A stretch of 64,000 bases of DNA. Origin: Heteronotia binoei (lineage: Eukaryota). Below, piece after piece: positions 59,922-64,000 of this stretch (position 1 is the first letter of the stretch; each line of letters begins with the position of its first letter). The notes under the pieces are model-generated. The model searched no databases, had not been told where the DNA came from, and saw only the letters and a program-made list of their open reading frames with translations. The stretch covers positions 39,990,001 to 40,054,000 of the forward strand of contig NC_083237.1 in NCBI RefSeq assembly GCF_032191835.1. The letters are read 5' to 3'. Made by a program: the position numbers and the translations under genes.

Positions 59922-61152
59922 TGTAAGCCAAAATGCCCTCAAAAGATGTTGGGGAATTAACAGGTGGGTACTTTTGGCTCAAAAGGACCTAGAATCTATG
60001 TATACAGTATTCCATTTCCAGAAATTATTGCCAAATTTACCAAGGACACTAATTAAGTTAAACAATAATGATTTTATTACAGAAAAATATAGAACACACA
60101 CACACAAGACAATAAATTCATATAACATACATACAGACGTAATAAAAATAGAGAGAAATGCATAGAGGTAACATAAGGATGGACAAACAGGGTGATAATT
60201 ACCGATCGTAATCTTCAAGGAAGGCTCCAATGGCGACAAATGAGGACTATGGGGGAGGGGACCCTCTACTGGCCAAGAATCAGGGATGTATCTAAACAGC
60301 AGGAATGGGGTACTGCTAGATGCACACCTGTGGGGAGTTGGGACCGTGGTTATAAGGACTACCTTGAGCCCTTAGGGGGTAGGAGGTACAGGGACGGATG
60401 ACAGGTGGACAGCTGGTACCTCAGAAAAAGGGGAGGCTCCGCAGTGACCAAAAGGGCTGGACTTATGCGGTAGCCAATGGTCAGTTTATTGGGAGCACCT
60501 GATTGGATGCCCATACCTGGCAATGAGCAGGCTTGGACCTGGTTACCTGATTGGACTTCCAGGAAACAATGGGCCAGAGGGGGAGGCTCCGGGATGACCA
60601 TTAAGGGGAAAAAATGGGTGAAATTATTGGGGTGGAGAAAATTAACATGCTATCAAACTTATCTAAAAGGTGACAATAGATGGTCAAGTTGCTACCTAAG
60701 GTGACACCTGATCTATACAAAGAAACTTGGCTCTAGGTGAAGATGTTCTTCCTCTTCTTCGTCTCCATACTGGCACCATCTTTTGTCTTGGGTTCTGTTG
60801 GACAAAAGCTTAGGCAGTCTGACAGGATTCACGCCTAAGATAAGCTTGATTGCCTTATGCATAGGTGACATCTTTTGAGTACGTGAGCCTCCCTCTTCGC
60901 TATATTGAAGTCTGGCACTGTAGGAAGATAGTTGCTGGTGATGTTAGCCTTCCCATATGGATTCTATGGTCAAGGCTGGAATCCGCTTGCCCGGACAGTT
61001 CCTGGCGGCACAACTTTTTCCGCTGCAACGGCCGAGATGGTGAGCGCATGGAGTGACTGGAAACCCATCTTTCCTCCTGGTTAGCACTCTTCCAGAGAAA
61101 CCGAGTGCTGCTGCAATGTTATGGCTGTTAGGACTCACATAAGTCCCTTACA
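59922..61152. mobile_element. Possible solo LTR
   Basis: tgtaag...cttaca termini; absent from the homologous position of the OR3 unit; no TSD found. Confidence 0.3.
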
Positions 61153-62800
61153 TTCTGGTAGACAAAACCCACTTTTCCCAGTAGATGTGTGTGAGTTCAA
61201 TCTCCAGGTACCTTGGCAACCAAACGGGTGACTACAATGTTCTGAAATTAGGGGCCTTTTTCTCACAATCCATGTCCAGGATATCCTCTGATCTGCAGCC
61301 TTACCATTTGTTTTACACAAAACAATTGTTCCCCATGCTTTGGAATCAGCAGTGCACAATTCTCACCCCAATTGGTCAGGAAGTATTCTGTATAGAAAAT
61401 AACAGAATACTAATTTACATATAAAGGTTCAAGCTAAATGACATGCAAGAATACAAACACTAGGTTGGATCCAGATGACAGTGGCAATCATAACCAATTT
61501 CATCTTTCCCTTGCACACATCCGTCATGCCATTCCTTAGGGTACCTTATCTTCCAGGAGCACATTTCATGGAGATTAATGGGCTGCATTGGGAGTGAGTG
61601 GCAAAAAAGTTCTATTCTGTTGTTCAAAAAATATAGTCTGGATCCAACCCAACACAGCTTCTTGAGGTGTATGTATCCAGTATTTCACTCAACAACATCT
61701 GCCAAATTGTTCTACTTATGACAGTGCTCATGAAACAAAAATGCTGTCTATATGCAGTCCCTATTATGCAGTCCAGTGTAATTTGCTGATAAAAAGAAAC
61801 CTTTTTACCCCCTATTTCCACCAGCAAAAAGTGGTTGGATCCAACCCCAAATGGAAAATATCAGGTCCCTTTGCAGGATAACTATACATGCCGGGGTTGT
61901 TGTTTTTTTGTTAGTTTACAAACTTGGGATGTTTGAAAGTTCACTAAAATGTAACCTGCCCCCAAAGTACAAAACAAACCTGGTTTTGCATCTTACATGA
62001 GCAGGTGCAAGACAGGAGTTGGTTCTAAAAACAAAGAAACAACAACAACACAACCATTATAATAGGATCCCCATCAGGTTTATTTAATCTTATTTACTTC
62101 TGCATGGATTTGGGACTGAACTAGGAAGTTGGCCATATTCGCATGGACATTGATCTTGACTTCAAGCAACTTACATGTTCATAATCTTTTGTTTAAATGA
62201 GTCTTTCTCTTAGAGGAAGCCCCCATATGCCTTACATAGAACAGTTTCTTTGACAAAATATTTTTACAGTGTCTGTCCAGAATTGAATTCAACCTTATAT
62301 ATTTCCCCAGAAGTAACTTCTGAGAATCATGCAACCTTTAAATAAGTCCTATGCAGTGTCATTAGAATAATAATAAGTATATATATAAAAAAACCTTTTA
62401 CCATTAACCATCACCAGGCATCAATGAAGAATGGTTGAGAGGTAGGTCCCTGCAGCTATTAAACATTCATCTAGCTATCATGAGAAATGATGAACATTTC
62501 CTGAATGAAATAATCATATCTTTTTTCTTCACCTATACAATATACAAAAGAGGATTTATATAAGGGAGCAACAGACCATCTACTAAAAGCAACCTATTTA
62601 TACCTTAACAAAGGACTTTCAGAACAAATTAGCAAATTCTCCTTCAAAAACATATGATGCAATACTCATTATGGCTTCAGAACAGCCCAGTCTTTTTTAT
62701 TTAGCATGCTTGTTACAAAAATGTATAGTCTGCCTCTCTTGAGACCTCTTCGAGTGAGCTCTTGCAAGTGAAGTTTCTTGATCACAGGGATGTTCATATT

Positions 62801-62826
62801 TCCCCAGTGATAATGAACAAATAGTC
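62801..62826. promoter_or_regulatory. Candidate OR4 promoter O/E + homeodomain composite
   Basis: Identical to 16562-16587. Confidence 0.45.
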
Positions 62827-62881
62827 CTTCCTTCTGTTACCCAAAGGAAAAATAAAACAACACAAAAAGTGTGTGTGTGTG

Positions 62882-62960
<79 letters not shown>
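62882..62960. repeat. (GATA)n microsatellite
   Basis: Direct reading. Confidence 0.99.
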
Positions 62961-63659
62961 GGATGAAGATGAGTTTTGACTTTTTAAAGCTTGAATCCAT
63001 CTTGTCTTATGAAGACCAATACAGTAGGGCTGCCAGCCTCCAGGCAGGGCATAGAGCTCTCCCACTTTTCCAACTGATCTCCAGCTGGCAGAGATCAGCT
63101 CTCCTGAAGAAAATGGCTGCTTTGAAATCTATGACATTGTACCATGCTGAGGCGCCTCCTCTCTCCAAACCCCACCCTCTTGCAGATCCACCCCCAAAGT
63201 CTCCACGCATTTTCCTACACAGACCTGGCAAATCTACAATACAGCCACCTGCCTGAAAGTATGTTAATGAGTGAGAGGTTCCATTTTTCAAATGATTTAT
63301 ATGAGAAAGTTCCCTTGTTTGACATAATGACATAATATTACTACAATGAATAACATTTTTTAAAGGAATTATCTTTTCTTACCCTGGCTCTGTTTCCTTA
63401 TAGATATTAAAGATAAACTGCATCTATTTCTTTAGTTCATTTATAGCCCACCTTTTTTGCTGAGTCTGAAAGTAGATTACAAGCTATAAACAATGCAACC
63501 AGACATCATACAGCATTGCATTGGTATATCCATTACTCACCACTCTTGTTGCTTGCAATTAGGCCTGCTCCCAAGGTCTATTTTTATGTTAATAAGCTGA
63601 GGAATAAAAAAATAGTCTCTACCTTAATATTTATAAGAGATAACTTATAAGAGGGAATT

Positions 63660-63972
63660 TGGACCTGGCATTGCAGGCCATGGCAACTTGGCTAAGGCTG
63701 AGTGGGTTGAAGCTGAATCCGACGAAGACAGAGGTCCTTTGCGTGGGTCGGGGCCCTCTCCCAGTTTTTGACGGGGTGCCGCTGAAAGCGGCGCACTGGG
63801 TCAGGAGCTTGGGAGTTCTACTGGAGACTTCATTATCTATGGAGGCCCAGATAGCAGTCACTGCCAAGTCGGCATTCTTTCATCTAAAGCGGGCAAGGCA
63901 GTTTATTTATTTATTTATTACTTCCCATTTATATCCCGCCCTCTCCGCAAGCGGACTCAGGGCGGCTTACAA
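63660..63972. mobile_element. L2 fragments: internal piece (+, 63660-63900) and an inverted 3' end (-, 63901-63972)
   Basis: Homologous to 36320-36580 and to the L2 tail 37270-37330. Confidence 0.75.
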
Positions 63973-64000
63973 CATTATAAAAACAATCAATCCAATAAAA

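Overview
Vertebrate genomic DNA, squamate reptile and probably a gecko (inferred from the repeat content: MIR/CORE-type SINEs with an L2-like tail, RTE/BovB, CR1, L2, Penelope). The host scaffold is a tandem array of four intact class II olfactory receptor genes (OR11A1-like), all on the minus strand, each with a conserved splice acceptor just before the ATG and homologous flanking blocks. The rest is a dense, often nested transposon landscape: a Tf1/sushi-type Ty3/Gypsy element, four mutually divergent Ngaro-type tyrosine-recombinase (DIRS order) retrotransposons, L1, RTE/BovB, CR1, L2, RTE-X-like LINEs, a Penelope element with two hammerhead ribozymes, a Mutator remnant, hAT and Harbinger MITEs, SINEs and solo LTRs. 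There is a 150-N gap at 19807-19956. The most interesting signal comes from comparing the Ngaro copies. (i) Their SGNH-hydrolase ORF has no ATG and sits behind a branch point/polypyrimidine/AG acceptor in the same phase in three copies, with phase-compatible donors at a homologous place in gag, suggesting an env-like spliced Gag(N)-SGNH protein. (ii) A hairpin with an invariant core and covarying outer stem lies just before repeat B1. (iii) A covarying multi-stem structure fills the A2-B2 spacer downstream of a second promoter. (iv) The B/A junction looks like a recombinase att site around an AAT core. All alignments and folds were done by eye.
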